Positions 25,001 through 33,899 of a stretch of 49,244 nt of DNA are shown piece after piece. The notes below the pieces were generated by a model. That model was not told where the DNA came from. It did not search any database and saw nothing but the letters and a program-made list of their open reading frames with translations. Position 1 is the stretch's first letter; every line of letters starts with the position of its first letter. The translations under genes and the position numbers were made by a program. Location: positions 1 through 49,244 of the IMG/VR virus record IMGVR_UViG_3300033407_000029. One strand, given 5' to 3'. The DNA comes from a virus (lineage: Duplodnaviria; Caudoviricetes).

Positions 25001-25167
25001 ATCGCTTCGGGAGCTGGCGATATATGAAGCGTCTGCCGAACGTTCGGGTACTGGTAGCTGCACCCCACCACACACCAGAGCGTGCCCACGTCGCCGCAGT
25101 AGGGCGCGCCTGCGTCGTACACGCGGGGGTTGAAGTCGCTCTGATTGTCGGGGGCGGCGGCTGCCAT
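22069..25167 (-). CDS. Large tail tip / receptor-binding protein
   Basis: 1032 aa; acidic and aromatic, beta-rich; last gene of the tail module. Confidence 0.65.
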   Translation of the reverse strand: MAAAAPDNQSDFNPRVYDAGAPYCGDVGTLWCVVGCSYQYPNVRQTLHISPAPEAMPGDFSDLSYGGAEHPGNYYFGCVTVSQGLIAGDLVGDFPPVDKDGDPPLNAPGGTSQAVIMQRAEHVVRADKEFLRGALARFYPPTSFLWEGAAGTQGVLSVRTSDVVGVVRLPNILITSPDVGDYVTLSWGSDSFRWRMKVTIIDLDEENDERVITMGGAESQGGAILPAQDTTVFVHSNKYAAYVGTAGKPFLTRQRGTKLWMMTAAVVAVDPWFFDQVEGYNEQYGTFTDRGQIYAKQNKGERVLVGDIYQTEDAEPLVTTSSYEAYGTATAYTGKIFDAIYENAGILTLDTCWHHGFKGYDAVALPNVNGSMYGVGNDSLFFLDPETYSTFTGAHQVQGPVHIEGMAWVQRRIIAYEVVPYDSDRTGTASSGGDRGEPHYMEGLIQIAHMIYPHEYPDETLGIEGTVDPAGWLTDELTSHYPILPAPRDTPWMVGRTPNQKSLCCGRFTWLQDDQYAADNPGTFQQEFRIDPRPEYGFAVIAVDELTPLTGIAPLEGTVAFELHLLIPDPLATPRNEKVYDRAFGTFGASYTMECRGYDRLIENECRGPVECVLWTEGMLPKNDVFHVQTPLVYPPPSNDPTFVVRRQWDDYHVTNSAPIVDFSMDMGILQGYEDIMPNPTRAGLWIRRWKKNQVLGEYVAYDEAFGPDDPENADASWVIERFDILETGYVPIACCLTPWGDPIYLMLQPWPAANPPLNEGATERENRYFKLVYPGHWTLTFRLAMPQIDGDEVIGIQTAEGDYIDTDWQGSFGGLDEARAWSRNRSPISISCNEHTLFLKNVPALFWGRYLTDAERENLGDNPSNADLTALEPASFASVVLPYDSIENQDPSWIVADSEYFQTVAYEWSIDLATGKIRWPWRTHGAMQRDAELPEDYYPLGTVDLTQSNRDAGLFVGTGAFDPSKCGRSWYQPKSQDLLNDDDFRFRYRWKYAAAQQQFSRASLDNNNMNSASGWDTVQHVEGYSPRPVPY

Positions 25168-25175
25168 GAAAAATC

Positions 25176-26168
25176 CTACGGTGGCGGTGGCTCGGGCGGC
25201 CAGGGCGTCGGCCGGTATGAATGCGGCGAGGCAGACATGACAACGCCGTTGATTGCGATGACCGCTTGGTTCGGAATCAGGCAGCCGGGGAGCGGTACTT
25301 CCCAGATCGCTTTCTCATAGTTCGACTCGACGCGGACCTTAATCGTCACCGCCGTACTATTGGCGGGCAGCACGTCGCCCGTCCCTCCGCTGAATGGGAT
25401 CGACGCCCCGGATACCGTACCGGCCACAGCTTTGTAACGCAGACCGCCTGCCCAAATGACATCCAGCGTGTTGCCCGTGGCGCAGCCGTGCGCGGAGCTG
25501 TCCATCGTGAGCGTCCCGCTTGTCCCGCCCTCGCCCGACGCCAGCACGCCGGCAACCTCGGAGACGTTGTAGCTCTCCTCGCGCACGGGAGGCAGATTCA
25601 CATTGAACGCCAGCGCGGCCGTGTCGATTCGGGCGTTCTCGTAAACGATAAACTCGCCGCGGCCGATCTGCACCGGTGACTCGACTTCCGGCCAGTCGGC
25701 GGACTCCGGGCGCGGGCGGGCGAGCACCGGCGTAGTTGCCACTGGTAGCACGTCGCCGAACGCCAGCACCGGATGATCCGGGTCGTCGTCCAGCACGATC
25801 GGCACGCTGGTGCCCGAGACGGTCCCGGCTTTCACTCGGTAACGGGCGCCGCCGTCCCAGAACAGGTCGAAAAATTCATCGGTGGCGAATCCGTGGCTGG
25901 CGTCCAAGGTGAGCGTGCCCGTCTCATCATCCACATAGGTCGAGAGCGTGCCGTCCGTGTCCGTGATATCCGCAGGCTCGACAGGGGCCTTGAGAGCGCC
26001 ATTGGCTGCCAGCGCCACGCGGCCGTATTGGAACGTGACGGTCGTGCCGCCGCCCCCGCCGCCGCCAAATGCTGGCCGAGTCGGCAGGCGCCGGAGCTGT
26101 GCGCTCTGCGAGCGCACTTCGCGCTCCAGGCCAGTCACCCGATCGTGCAGCTCGAAGTCGCTGGGCAT
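25176..26168 (-). CDS. Tail protein with an internally duplicated beta domain
   Basis: N-terminal coiled coil and Gly7 linker; two GTLT(L/M)D..HG...W.GG.RY...AGTVSG.S.P...GDVLP repeats. Confidence 0.7.
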   Translation of the reverse strand: MPSDFELHDRVTGLEREVRSQSAQLRRLPTRPAFGGGGGGGTTVTFQYGRVALAANGALKAPVEPADITDTDGTLSTYVDDETGTLTLDASHGFATDEFFDLFWDGGARYRVKAGTVSGTSVPIVLDDDPDHPVLAFGDVLPVATTPVLARPRPESADWPEVESPVQIGRGEFIVYENARIDTAALAFNVNLPPVREESYNVSEVAGVLASGEGGTSGTLTMDSSAHGCATGNTLDVIWAGGLRYKAVAGTVSGASIPFSGGTGDVLPANSTAVTIKVRVESNYEKAIWEVPLPGCLIPNQAVIAINGVVMSASPHSYRPTPWPPEPPPP

Positions 26169-28315
26169 CAGACGAGCCCTCCGAAATCCAACTCAGCAAA
26201 GCCGCCCTGAATCGCGATCCTGCCCTCTTCGGGAGAATAAAGGATCTGGGTCACGATCGCATTGACTTCGATGTTGGCCCCAACTTCACTGGCCATAGCA
26301 TCTCCCAGCACCGTCACGAGATCGCCCAATTCCACCGGCTTTCGATAATCCGCGAAGCTGACACCAAAACTTCCGCGTGGTTGTTTGTACCACGCATAGG
26401 CGGCTTGCGCCAAAATCTCGCAGTCTCGGCGATCGTCGCGCACGGACCCAGACTCCGCCGCCTTTTTGATCGCGCCATCTTGCACGTCGTACACGGTGCC
26501 CTCAACGAGATAATCCCAGCGCGCTCTATCGCCGATGTTGATTAACAACTCTTCGATAGCGTCTCCTTCGCGCGGTTTCGCCAGGATGTTTCCCACCGGA
26601 GGAAACACAAACTCGCAGTAGGCATCCCACTCAGCAGCCACGGTGAATCGGCACTCTTCGTAGTCGATTTCCGCGTCAGTCTTGCTCGGCGCAGGCGTTG
26701 CCGTATCGAAATGATTTTTGGCCAGAGCGTGTGGCAAGCCTCCGGCCGATCGGAGTTCAAAGCCATTCGTTCCCTGCAACAGTGCGAAGTGATAGCTGGT
26801 TTTCAGTCGCGTAGTTTCAGAATCATCCTCGTCAATGTGATCTGCGGACCGATCCAAAAAGACCCATTTGTCGCCGTGCTTGACTATCCCCAGCGGGTAA
26901 GTGAAGTCGGGGTCGCTCGATGTTTCGCGGCTACCCTCTACCGGCTCTTCCGGGTGTTCGTAATCCCAGCCATCGCGCAACGGCAACGTGCGCAGCAGGC
27001 GCATATTTGCCATTACGATCGTTTCCGCTCCCAAGACAGAGCCAGTCGATGATAATTTTGGGCAGGAAAATTCAAACTCACCTGTCCCGCTTCCGTCTCT
27101 GCTTTTTCCATCCCAGTCCTTGGGAATGCGAAAGTCCTGATAGACCGCTTTCAGCTTCTCCGCCTGACGGTAGCGGTCCGCCTTGTCTTTGTTTGTTGCG
27201 CCTCCCGCTTCGATATAATCAGTCTCCGCCGCAGAGGTCCAGGCCGGCTCTAAGTTTTCGTCCTTGGTCGAGACAGTAAACGTGGCAGTTCTTTTCGAGC
27301 CACGCACACGGATGCGGTTATAGCGGCGACTGGAATCACTTGCGTACCGCGCGTCTCGCACTTCGTGCAGGGCGTCGAAGTTCAGTGGCGATTGGTTGAG
27401 TGCAGCAGGGATGAATGTCGTGCTCTCCTCTTCTTCGTTCTCAGCCGGCAGGTTGATTATCGTCGGAGTTGTCGAATTGACGTTGAGAAACACAGTATTA
27501 CCGAGCAACGGATATTCAAGCCACCACACCAGACCACGCCGCGCCGTGATGATGTCGTTGAGCACGGCATAGAGCGTCCGGCCTTCCACCGCTACCGTCG
27601 GCGTAAACCATTCGAGAAATGGCGCGTATGTCTCGCTGTCGATCCCAAACGTGACCGGCGCCGGCGCGGAGGGATTGTTGCCGTCATTGGGGGCATGGTA
27701 ATAGAGTAGATGTTCTACGATCTGGTCGGCAAACCACAGATTCTTGAAGCTGTTGTCCACTGCAAAGACCCATTGCTCGTCGCCGTTTTTCCGAGTATCA
27801 CGATTGCCACGATCCTCAAAAGATGCGCCCCTTCCATCGCCCAGTCCGTAGTTGAATCCCAGCGGGTGGCTGATTCGCTCGTCGGGATGGTGCACGGTGG
27901 ACACGATCGGATTCCTGTCCATGAGCCATTCCAGGCCCATGACGGTGTATAGTTTGTCGCTCAAGAGTGTGAAAGAATTAGTAACGCCATCCAATTTCTT
28001 GCCGGCTAGAGGCCACTCCTCGCCGACCACGATCCCCCACCACAAGAGAAACGGCTCCTCCAATCGACGCAGGCGAATGTAGTACCGATCGCCGATGGGC
28101 GAGTTGCGCTGTTTGAACAGCAACGATCCCTCTTCGGCGATGTCGCCCGGATTGAACATTTCCCCCTGGCGCCACAGCAACGTCGCCTGGTCGATCTGAT
28201 GGCCCAGCGACCGCGTGAGACGCAAACAGATCAGATTAGGCTCCACGGTCCAATCGTCGTCCCACAGCTCTTTGTAGGAGACCTCGACGCCTTTCCATTC
28301 CTGTACGAAAGCCAT
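26168..28315 (-). CDS. Tail hub / baseplate-like protein
   Basis: 715 aa; YNRIRVRG, LGDLVTV motifs; lies downstream of the tape measure. Confidence 0.65.
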   Translation of the reverse strand: MAFVQEWKGVEVSYKELWDDDWTVEPNLICLRLTRSLGHQIDQATLLWRQGEMFNPGDIAEEGSLLFKQRNSPIGDRYYIRLRRLEEPFLLWWGIVVGEEWPLAGKKLDGVTNSFTLLSDKLYTVMGLEWLMDRNPIVSTVHHPDERISHPLGFNYGLGDGRGASFEDRGNRDTRKNGDEQWVFAVDNSFKNLWFADQIVEHLLYYHAPNDGNNPSAPAPVTFGIDSETYAPFLEWFTPTVAVEGRTLYAVLNDIITARRGLVWWLEYPLLGNTVFLNVNSTTPTIINLPAENEEEESTTFIPAALNQSPLNFDALHEVRDARYASDSSRRYNRIRVRGSKRTATFTVSTKDENLEPAWTSAAETDYIEAGGATNKDKADRYRQAEKLKAVYQDFRIPKDWDGKSRDGSGTGEFEFSCPKLSSTGSVLGAETIVMANMRLLRTLPLRDGWDYEHPEEPVEGSRETSSDPDFTYPLGIVKHGDKWVFLDRSADHIDEDDSETTRLKTSYHFALLQGTNGFELRSAGGLPHALAKNHFDTATPAPSKTDAEIDYEECRFTVAAEWDAYCEFVFPPVGNILAKPREGDAIEELLINIGDRARWDYLVEGTVYDVQDGAIKKAAESGSVRDDRRDCEILAQAAYAWYKQPRGSFGVSFADYRKPVELGDLVTVLGDAMASEVGANIEVNAIVTQILYSPEEGRIAIQGGFAELDFGGLV

Positions 28316-28318
28316 CGC

Positions 28319-28711
28319 TCAGCCCCCTATCAATGTCCACCGGAACACCTGGCGGACCTGAGCGTTGGAGATGATGGCGCCGACCACGCCGTAGACGGCC
28401 TGCGGCGGCTCCGCCTCGCGAACGTCCAGCAAGAGATAGTTGCCGTAGCTCGTCGACGCCTTCACGATCTCGACAGGATCGGAACCGATCAGAGCGCGGT
28501 ACGTAAACAGGGCATCCTTGTGGGAGGCGAAATCCAGGACGTATTTGACGGTCACCAGCGTGAACGGCTCCGCGTGTTTGCCAAGTTTTCGAGCCCCGAT
28601 CGAATCCACGCCCCGCCGCTGGAAGACCTCGATTTCTTCGGCCTTGGGGAGGATAGTTCCCTCCATCGAGTCGAATTGAAGGCCGCCGATGCTGTTTTCG
28701 TGGAAGGGCAT
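28319..28711 (-). CDS. Distal tail protein-like
   Basis: Likely start MPFHEN at 28711; RRGVDSIG..LG..EPFTL motif; position. Confidence 0.6.
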   Translation of the reverse strand: MPFHENSIGGLQFDSMEGTILPKAEEIEVFQRRGVDSIGARKLGKHAEPFTLVTVKYVLDFASHKDALFTYRALIGSDPVEIVKASTSYGNYLLLDVREAEPPQAVYGVVGAIISNAQVRQVFRWTLIGG

Positions 28712-28714
28712 GAG

Positions 28715-28742
28715 TTGATTCGCGGCAAGTGGCAAGTACAAT
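28715..28742 (+). promoter_or_regulatory. Putative sigma70 promoter for the antisense moron
   Basis: TTGATT-16-TACAAT, 9 nt before ATG 28752. Confidence 0.5.
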
Positions 28743-28751
28743 GGGGGACGT

Positions 28752-28955
28752 ATGACTGAATCGAAACCCTACCCTACGCTTCACTCCATCAATGCAACGC
28801 TCTGGTTGCTGTTCGGCGTCGTGTTTGAGTTCTACTTACCGGAGGATCACATAGGCAAGTACATTATCATGGCGGCGGTACTCGCAAAGGTTCTCATCTT
28901 TTTCTATTGGCTGAGTGATCAAAAGTGGTCTCTAAAGTCGTTTCTAAAGTGGTGA
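28752..28955 (+). CDS. Opposite-strand small 2-TM membrane protein (moron)
   Basis: AT-rich; exactly fills the gap between tail genes; two hydrophobic helices. Confidence 0.7.
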   Translation: MTESKPYPTLHSINATLWLLFGVVFEFYLPEDHIGKYIIMAAVLAKVLIFFYWLSDQKWSLKSFLKW

Positions 28956-28965
28956 GCGCTCTCAC

Positions 28966-30711
28966 TCATTCCTTCCGCCCAGTCGGCGGCTGTTTCTTAT
29001 CTCGAATTTCCGTGAGAACAACGGCGATCTCCTGTAGTTTATCCACGGCCAACAGTTGCTTCTCCGTCAATTCACTTCTCTCGACAGATCCCAGCCGTCT
29101 CTCCACAATGTCTGTAATAGTCCGCAACGCCTCGTCTCTGCTGAGAGTCAAACCGGACTCAAGAAAATCCGCGAGGCCGGTGGCGACCAATGTCTCACCT
29201 GTTGCTTCGGCGCGCAACGCACGGATGTCTTTGCGCCGCTCTTGGCTGAGATCAGACTCAGTTTCAAGACGAAAACCTTCCGCGATTGAAGCAATCCCGC
29301 TCTCAAGCCGCTCGGTTTGTTGCAGCGACCCCTCGGCGACGAACGCAATGCCCTCGCGCGCAGCCGCTCTGCGGTCCTCTGGATCCGCAAGTTTGGAGAG
29401 AGTCGACTCGAACGCCTCTCGCGTGGAACCTTCCCCTAAAAACAGCTTTTCAATTGCGCCCCGAGTAGCGGCCTGAAATTTCGTCGTCTTCAGAAATTCC
29501 TCTGCGAGTTTCCTGTCGGCAAACAAGATTTTTCGACGCTCTGTGAATTCGTCGACTTGGGACTCTGTGAAACCTCGCGAATTCTTCTCGAAAAACTCCC
29601 TCGTCTGGTCGATTAGCTTAATGGTAGCCGTCCGCGCCAATCTTCCCTGCGGGTCCGCCGCCCCAATCGTGGTGGCAGCGAACAGCGCCGCGCCTTCGCC
29701 TGGCGTCGATCCTGCCAACGGAGACGTAAACGCTCCCAAGACCTTGCCGACTTGTTTGGCGACTTGCGCCGTTTCCGTGGGTCGCGACCCGGCTTGCGTT
29801 ATCGTGAGAAAGCCCAGGGCGTCCTCGGCGTCTTTCAGGCCGCCAGTTGTGACGATATCACCTAGACCGGCGGCCAGCGTGGCGATCTCGTCAGCTTTGC
29901 GGGTAAACTGGGGCGCGATCTTCACCAAGTCCAACGTGAGAGGCACGTCCCCGCCCGTGGCACTGAAAGTTCCAGCCAAGGCTTGGAAGATCGGCGCGAC
30001 TGGCAATCTGGTTGCTTCTGCAATCTCCGGACCGGCGGCAAGTAGTCGCTCACGATCGGAGGGGCCCGCCGCGAAAATGTTGCGTCGCAATGCCGCTTCC
30101 GCTTCCGCCACCGTCAACTTCGCTTGCGTCCGCTTCTCCTCTTCCTCGCGGACGGCTTGAATCTCGCTACGAACCAGCGCCACCGCCCCGGAAATCGACG
30201 CCATGCCGAGCACGTAGTTTTTGATCTGACTAAGAGCGGCGGTTCCAAACGCAAATCTATTAGCTGCTGCGACTCGTTCTAATGCCGCCGCCTGTCGAGC
30301 TGCTGATCGTTCAGCCACCATCGCCTGTCGTTGTGCGACGGCCGTCGATTGGATCATTTGCTCTTTGAGTCTCTTGGCGTTGTCTTGCAAACTTCCCAAA
30401 CTAACGAACGCTTTTGTCCCCGCGATGCTTGTCGCTTCCAAGCTGGCGCGATAGTTCATTGCCGCCTTTTGGGCAGTCACTAGAGAGATGCGCCCGGCGC
30501 TAACGTGCCCGGCCAACTCTTTCATTTTCCGGTTGTATTTTTCCAGCGGCTCGGCCTGTTCGGCGATACGCTGCGCTTCTTTGCTGAGTTGCTTACTCGC
30601 CGCCGCCGCGCCTGCGGCCCCTTTTTCAGCTCCCTTCATCGCCTTTTGCAAGTCTTCGACAGCCTTCACTGCGCCGGAGGCTTCGCCACGGAGAACTTGT
30701 GTAAGCGACAT
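28966..30711 (-). CDS. Tape measure protein
   Basis: 581 aa; Ala-rich and helical; PLEKYNRKMKEL..VSAGRIS motif; follows the chaperone genes. Confidence 0.8.
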   Translation of the reverse strand: MSLTQVLRGEASGAVKAVEDLQKAMKGAEKGAAGAAAASKQLSKEAQRIAEQAEPLEKYNRKMKELAGHVSAGRISLVTAQKAAMNYRASLEATSIAGTKAFVSLGSLQDNAKRLKEQMIQSTAVAQRQAMVAERSAARQAAALERVAAANRFAFGTAALSQIKNYVLGMASISGAVALVRSEIQAVREEEEKRTQAKLTVAEAEAALRRNIFAAGPSDRERLLAAGPEIAEATRLPVAPIFQALAGTFSATGGDVPLTLDLVKIAPQFTRKADEIATLAAGLGDIVTTGGLKDAEDALGFLTITQAGSRPTETAQVAKQVGKVLGAFTSPLAGSTPGEGAALFAATTIGAADPQGRLARTATIKLIDQTREFFEKNSRGFTESQVDEFTERRKILFADRKLAEEFLKTTKFQAATRGAIEKLFLGEGSTREAFESTLSKLADPEDRRAAAREGIAFVAEGSLQQTERLESGIASIAEGFRLETESDLSQERRKDIRALRAEATGETLVATGLADFLESGLTLSRDEALRTITDIVERRLGSVERSELTEKQLLAVDKLQEIAVVLTEIRDKKQPPTGRKE

Positions 30712-30714
30712 CGG

Positions 30715-31547
30715 TTACAATCCTAAATTGAGCGCCATCAGGTCACACCATGTCGGGGCATAGCCCGGAGCCAGCCCTTGCTTCCAGCGGCAATAATTCA
30801 ACCAGTCGCGGTCGATGGGTCGTTGCTTTTTTTTTGCAGCTCTTCGATCCACGACAAAAGCTGTGGTCGATTCGTGGCGGCATGGACGATAAAGGCTAAC
30901 AGTCCGTTGTCGGACAGCGCGCCCAAAACCACCAGCTCGGGCAACGAGATAACGTAGTTCGCCTGCAAGAGTGCCACAGCCACGTCGCACATCTGTTGAT
31001 CCGTGACCGACGTGGCATCGTCCCCGGCTCCGAACAGAATTGACGCCACCGGCGCCGTCACGTCCCACAGGTGCTTGTGCGCTGGCAGCGGCAAGCCCCG
31101 CACCAACTCACCCTTACCGTTGTAATCAAACAGGCAGGGAAGCTCACAGCGCCACTCGTTCGACCCCTCGTCGTACTCGCGGACCGTGGGAACCTGCCAC
31201 ATTTGCTCGTCGGCCAATCGGACCAAGAGCCCAGGGAGCATCGTGGATCTGGCCAGGTCCGCCGGCGTCGGCTTGGCCTCATTCCAATAGCCGATCGCCC
31301 TGCGAGGCTGACCGTCGATCTCGGGGAGCTCTCGCCACGTCTGCTGCTCGGGATACCAGCCGGTCCGCTTGCCGCCAGTCCGCTTCGAGTCGGCGAAGAT
31401 CAAACCCCGCCCGCCGAGTGGACTTTCCCGCAGACACTCCGAACACTCCGGCGCATTCTCGAAAGCATAGCCCAGCCCAATCGCGGCGATGCCGTCCAGG
31501 TCGATCGAGCTGCGGGCGCCATCGGCTTCGTAAAGGAATCCAACCAT
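30715..31547 (-). CDS. Tail assembly chaperone G (30798..31547) with -1 frameshift product GT (to 30715)
   Basis: A9 run at 30827-30835 in the QKK codons; -1 frame continues to ...WLNYCRWKQGLAPGYAPTWCDL. Confidence 0.75.
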
Positions 31548-31565
31548 GTGAACGAAAGCTCTCGG

Positions 31566-31952
31566 TTAGGGCGTCGGGTCGCTCAGTGACTCGATAACTA
31601 GAGTCGCGTCCGCGCCGGCCGCCAACGTCGCGAAGAGCGACGTGATGTCGGCCGTGATTAAAAAAGGTGGCAACGAGTCCGTGTGCCAGATATAAGGCAT
31701 GTTCGCCACAAGAGTGAGCGTGTCGTCCGGCACCGAGGCGCTGTTGGTCTCCACAACTAAATCACGGTCGCACATGATGTAGAAGAAAACGCAGGCCGAA
31801 AAATCGAGCGTAAATATGATTTCCAGATCAGCCGACTCCGCAGGGATCGTCTCGCTGAGCGACGCCCCAGCGCCGCCACTAAGTGTTTGCGTCTTGTCGG
31901 TCTGAACGCCGCCGCGCGTGATCCGTTCCAATAAAGTGACAGTCAGTGCCAT
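31566..31952 (-). CDS. Virion-associated hypothetical protein
   Basis: 128 aa; beta-rich; AGGAG SD. Confidence 0.7.
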   Translation of the reverse strand: MALTVTLLERITRGGVQTDKTQTLSGGAGASLSETIPAESADLEIIFTLDFSACVFFYIMCDRDLVVETNSASVPDDTLTLVANMPYIWHTDSLPPFLITADITSLFATLAAGADATLVIESLSDPTP

Positions 31953-31970
31953 TGTTGAATCTCCTATGTG

Positions 31971-32171
31971 CTAGTCGGACGCGGCCTTCCGCCGCTCGTA
32001 GTAGTCAGTGCGAAACTTCTCAAATTCTTGCACGATTCCCGGCAGTGCCCGCCCCTCGTCGTCGACCAGCGCCGCCAGTTGTGAGACTTCGTCGGGCTGG
32101 AGGCTGTCAGCTTTCGCCCAAGCCCAGCCCTGCGAGGACAATGCTCGGCGCGCTCGCTCGATCTCCGTCAT
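31971..32171 (-). CDS. Hypothetical protein
   Basis: 66 aa; in the tail operon. Confidence 0.6.
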   Translation of the reverse strand: MTEIERARRALSSQGWAWAKADSLQPDEVSQLAALVDDEGRALPGIVQEFEKFRTDYYERRKAASD

Positions 32172-32182
32172 GGGTTGGTGTT

Positions 32183-33106
32183 TTATGGATTCGTGTTATA
32201 GGTGGTGTCAAAAGTAAACACGATCGGCGCATTCGTGCCATCAAAGCCGCAGTTAAGCCTGATCTCGTTGGTGACTCGGCCACGCCCGCTACCCGTTCCC
32301 AGATTCGTCGGAATGGAAACGCCGAAGGCGCTCATCGTGATGTGGTTGCTCGTTCCCGGTGCGAAAAAGGACGCGCCACTTTCAATCCGCGCCAATTGAA
32401 TCAACGTGTTCGCATGAGTCGCCCCGTTCCCGGCCAGCTCTTGCAGTCCGGTCTTGACGCGCGTCAAGTCCCGGCCATGAAGCACGAATTGCGGACGCAC
32501 CGTCAACACGCCGGCCGTTTCTGGTGTAGTGGTGGCCAGCTTCGGCTCTTTCGGAGTCAGTTCCACGTTGTGGGTGAGCAAGATGTTTTCAATCTCCGGA
32601 TATTGGACGTTTCCGATCTTCGAGATTGCCAAGCGGTAGCGTTCGCTCACCACGCCGGCTGGCGCAGCCACGCCGTCGGTGATCGCTACGGGAGAATTGC
32701 CGCTGGAATCCGTAAACGTGTGCAGTTGAAACGTCGCCGAGGCGTCCGTGTTGCGCGGCATGGTCAACGTGTCGGGGATAATGAGACCGCGCGTGACGCG
32801 CTTGCGGTAGTGCGGAGTTCCACCCAAGGGATTATCGCAGTCTCCCAAAGCCCGCTCGATGACGTCTGCCACCTCAACCGTTGCGCCGCTCTGGACACAC
32901 TGACCAGTAAGACCCAGAGCACTCAGCAGCGTCTTCAGCGATGACGTCGTGCCGCTTGCCACCGGCGCCAGCCCAGTCACCGCCAGGGCCTCGGCATACA
33001 GCGAACCCGAGTCATCGTCCGTGACCTCTGGATTGGTCGGAAAATCCACCTGGGACAGTTTCACCACGGCCGCATCGAGCGCCAGCCAGCCTACGGTATA
33101 TTGCAT
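32183..33106 (-). CDS. Major tail tube protein (putative)
   Basis: 307 aa; Thr/Gly/Ser-rich beta protein between the neck and chaperone genes. Confidence 0.65.
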   Translation of the reverse strand: MQYTVGWLALDAAVVKLSQVDFPTNPEVTDDDSGSLYAEALAVTGLAPVASGTTSSLKTLLSALGLTGQCVQSGATVEVADVIERALGDCDNPLGGTPHYRKRVTRGLIIPDTLTMPRNTDASATFQLHTFTDSSGNSPVAITDGVAAPAGVVSERYRLAISKIGNVQYPEIENILLTHNVELTPKEPKLATTTPETAGVLTVRPQFVLHGRDLTRVKTGLQELAGNGATHANTLIQLARIESGASFFAPGTSNHITMSAFGVSIPTNLGTGSGRGRVTNEIRLNCGFDGTNAPIVFTFDTTYNTNP

Positions 33107-33118
33107 GATTGAGACCCT

Positions 33119-33355
33119 TTATGCTGATCTGTGAAGCGGGAAAAAGCGTCTCCACAATCTCACTACTAGCGGCCGGGCGGGCATGAGGATTTCAGCCATG
33201 TCGCCGTTGAGCTTGAGTTCTAGATCGTGCTGGTTGAAGGCGATCTCCCACCTTTTGCGATCCAGCCTTCGGAAACGAATGAGTCTTGAACGAGTGCAAT
33301 CGACAACAGTCGCAATCGCGACCAGCAAAATCAGGAATGGCAAGAAAATTTCCAT
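33119..33355 (-). CDS. Small membrane-anchored protein
   Basis: N-terminal TM MEIFLPFLILLVAIA; C-terminal RPLVVRLWRRFF. Confidence 0.55.
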   Translation of the reverse strand: MEIFLPFLILLVAIATVVDCTRSRLIRFRRLDRKRWEIAFNQHDLELKLNGDMAEILMPARPLVVRLWRRFFPLHRSA

Positions 33356-33356
33356 G

Positions 33357-33899
33357 TTATGCCGCGCCACGGTATAAGGTGGTTTGTTTCGCCGTGCGAC
33401 CTACACGATTGAGTTGCAACTCAAACTCGTCAGCGAAGATTCGCTCCAACGCCTGCTCTTCCTCTGCTACCGTCGCCCGAATTTCCTTGGAGGCGTCTCG
33501 CACGAAATTCAGCGTGGGGGCGTTGATAAAGACGTCGGCGCGATAGCTGCGGTAATTTTCTCGCACCGCGTTGATGTTCGGCTGCGATAACGCCTGCGCG
33601 CGACTGTTTCCGCTCCACACAAAGGGCTTATTTTCGCCGATTGCGCGAACGCCTTGCCCGTTCTCGCGTCGCTTTACTTTGGCCTCGGCGTAGCTACCCT
33701 TGAACGGCCGGCCGCTGCCCGGATCACCAACGCGCGGCCGGTAGCCGTAGCGCTGCATCGCCCGGCGAGTGAAGTGAATCGGCAGAAAGAGCTTCCACCA
33801 GGCGTGGCCGACCTTGTTCATTGCAGCACGACCAATTTCACCAAGTTGCGTCTTGGTGATGCCGACCACGCCGGTTTTGGTAAAGCGAATCTCAATCAT
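33357..33899 (-). CDS. Neck / tail completion protein (putative)
   Basis: Basic 180 aa; LPIHF...RYGY..R, PFVWSG; position. Confidence 0.6.
   Translation of the reverse strand: MIEIRFTKTGVVGITKTQLGEIGRAAMNKVGHAWWKLFLPIHFTRRAMQRYGYRPRVGDPGSGRPFKGSYAEAKVKRRENGQGVRAIGENKPFVWSGNSRAQALSQPNINAVRENYRSYRADVFINAPTLNFVRDASKEIRATVAEEEQALERIFADEFELQLNRVGRTAKQTTLYRGAA

Noticed and set aside
22069-25167. Diversity-generating retroelement or invertible tail-fibre cassette
   Set aside because: No reverse transcriptase motif, no TR/VR pair and no inverted fibre fragments seen
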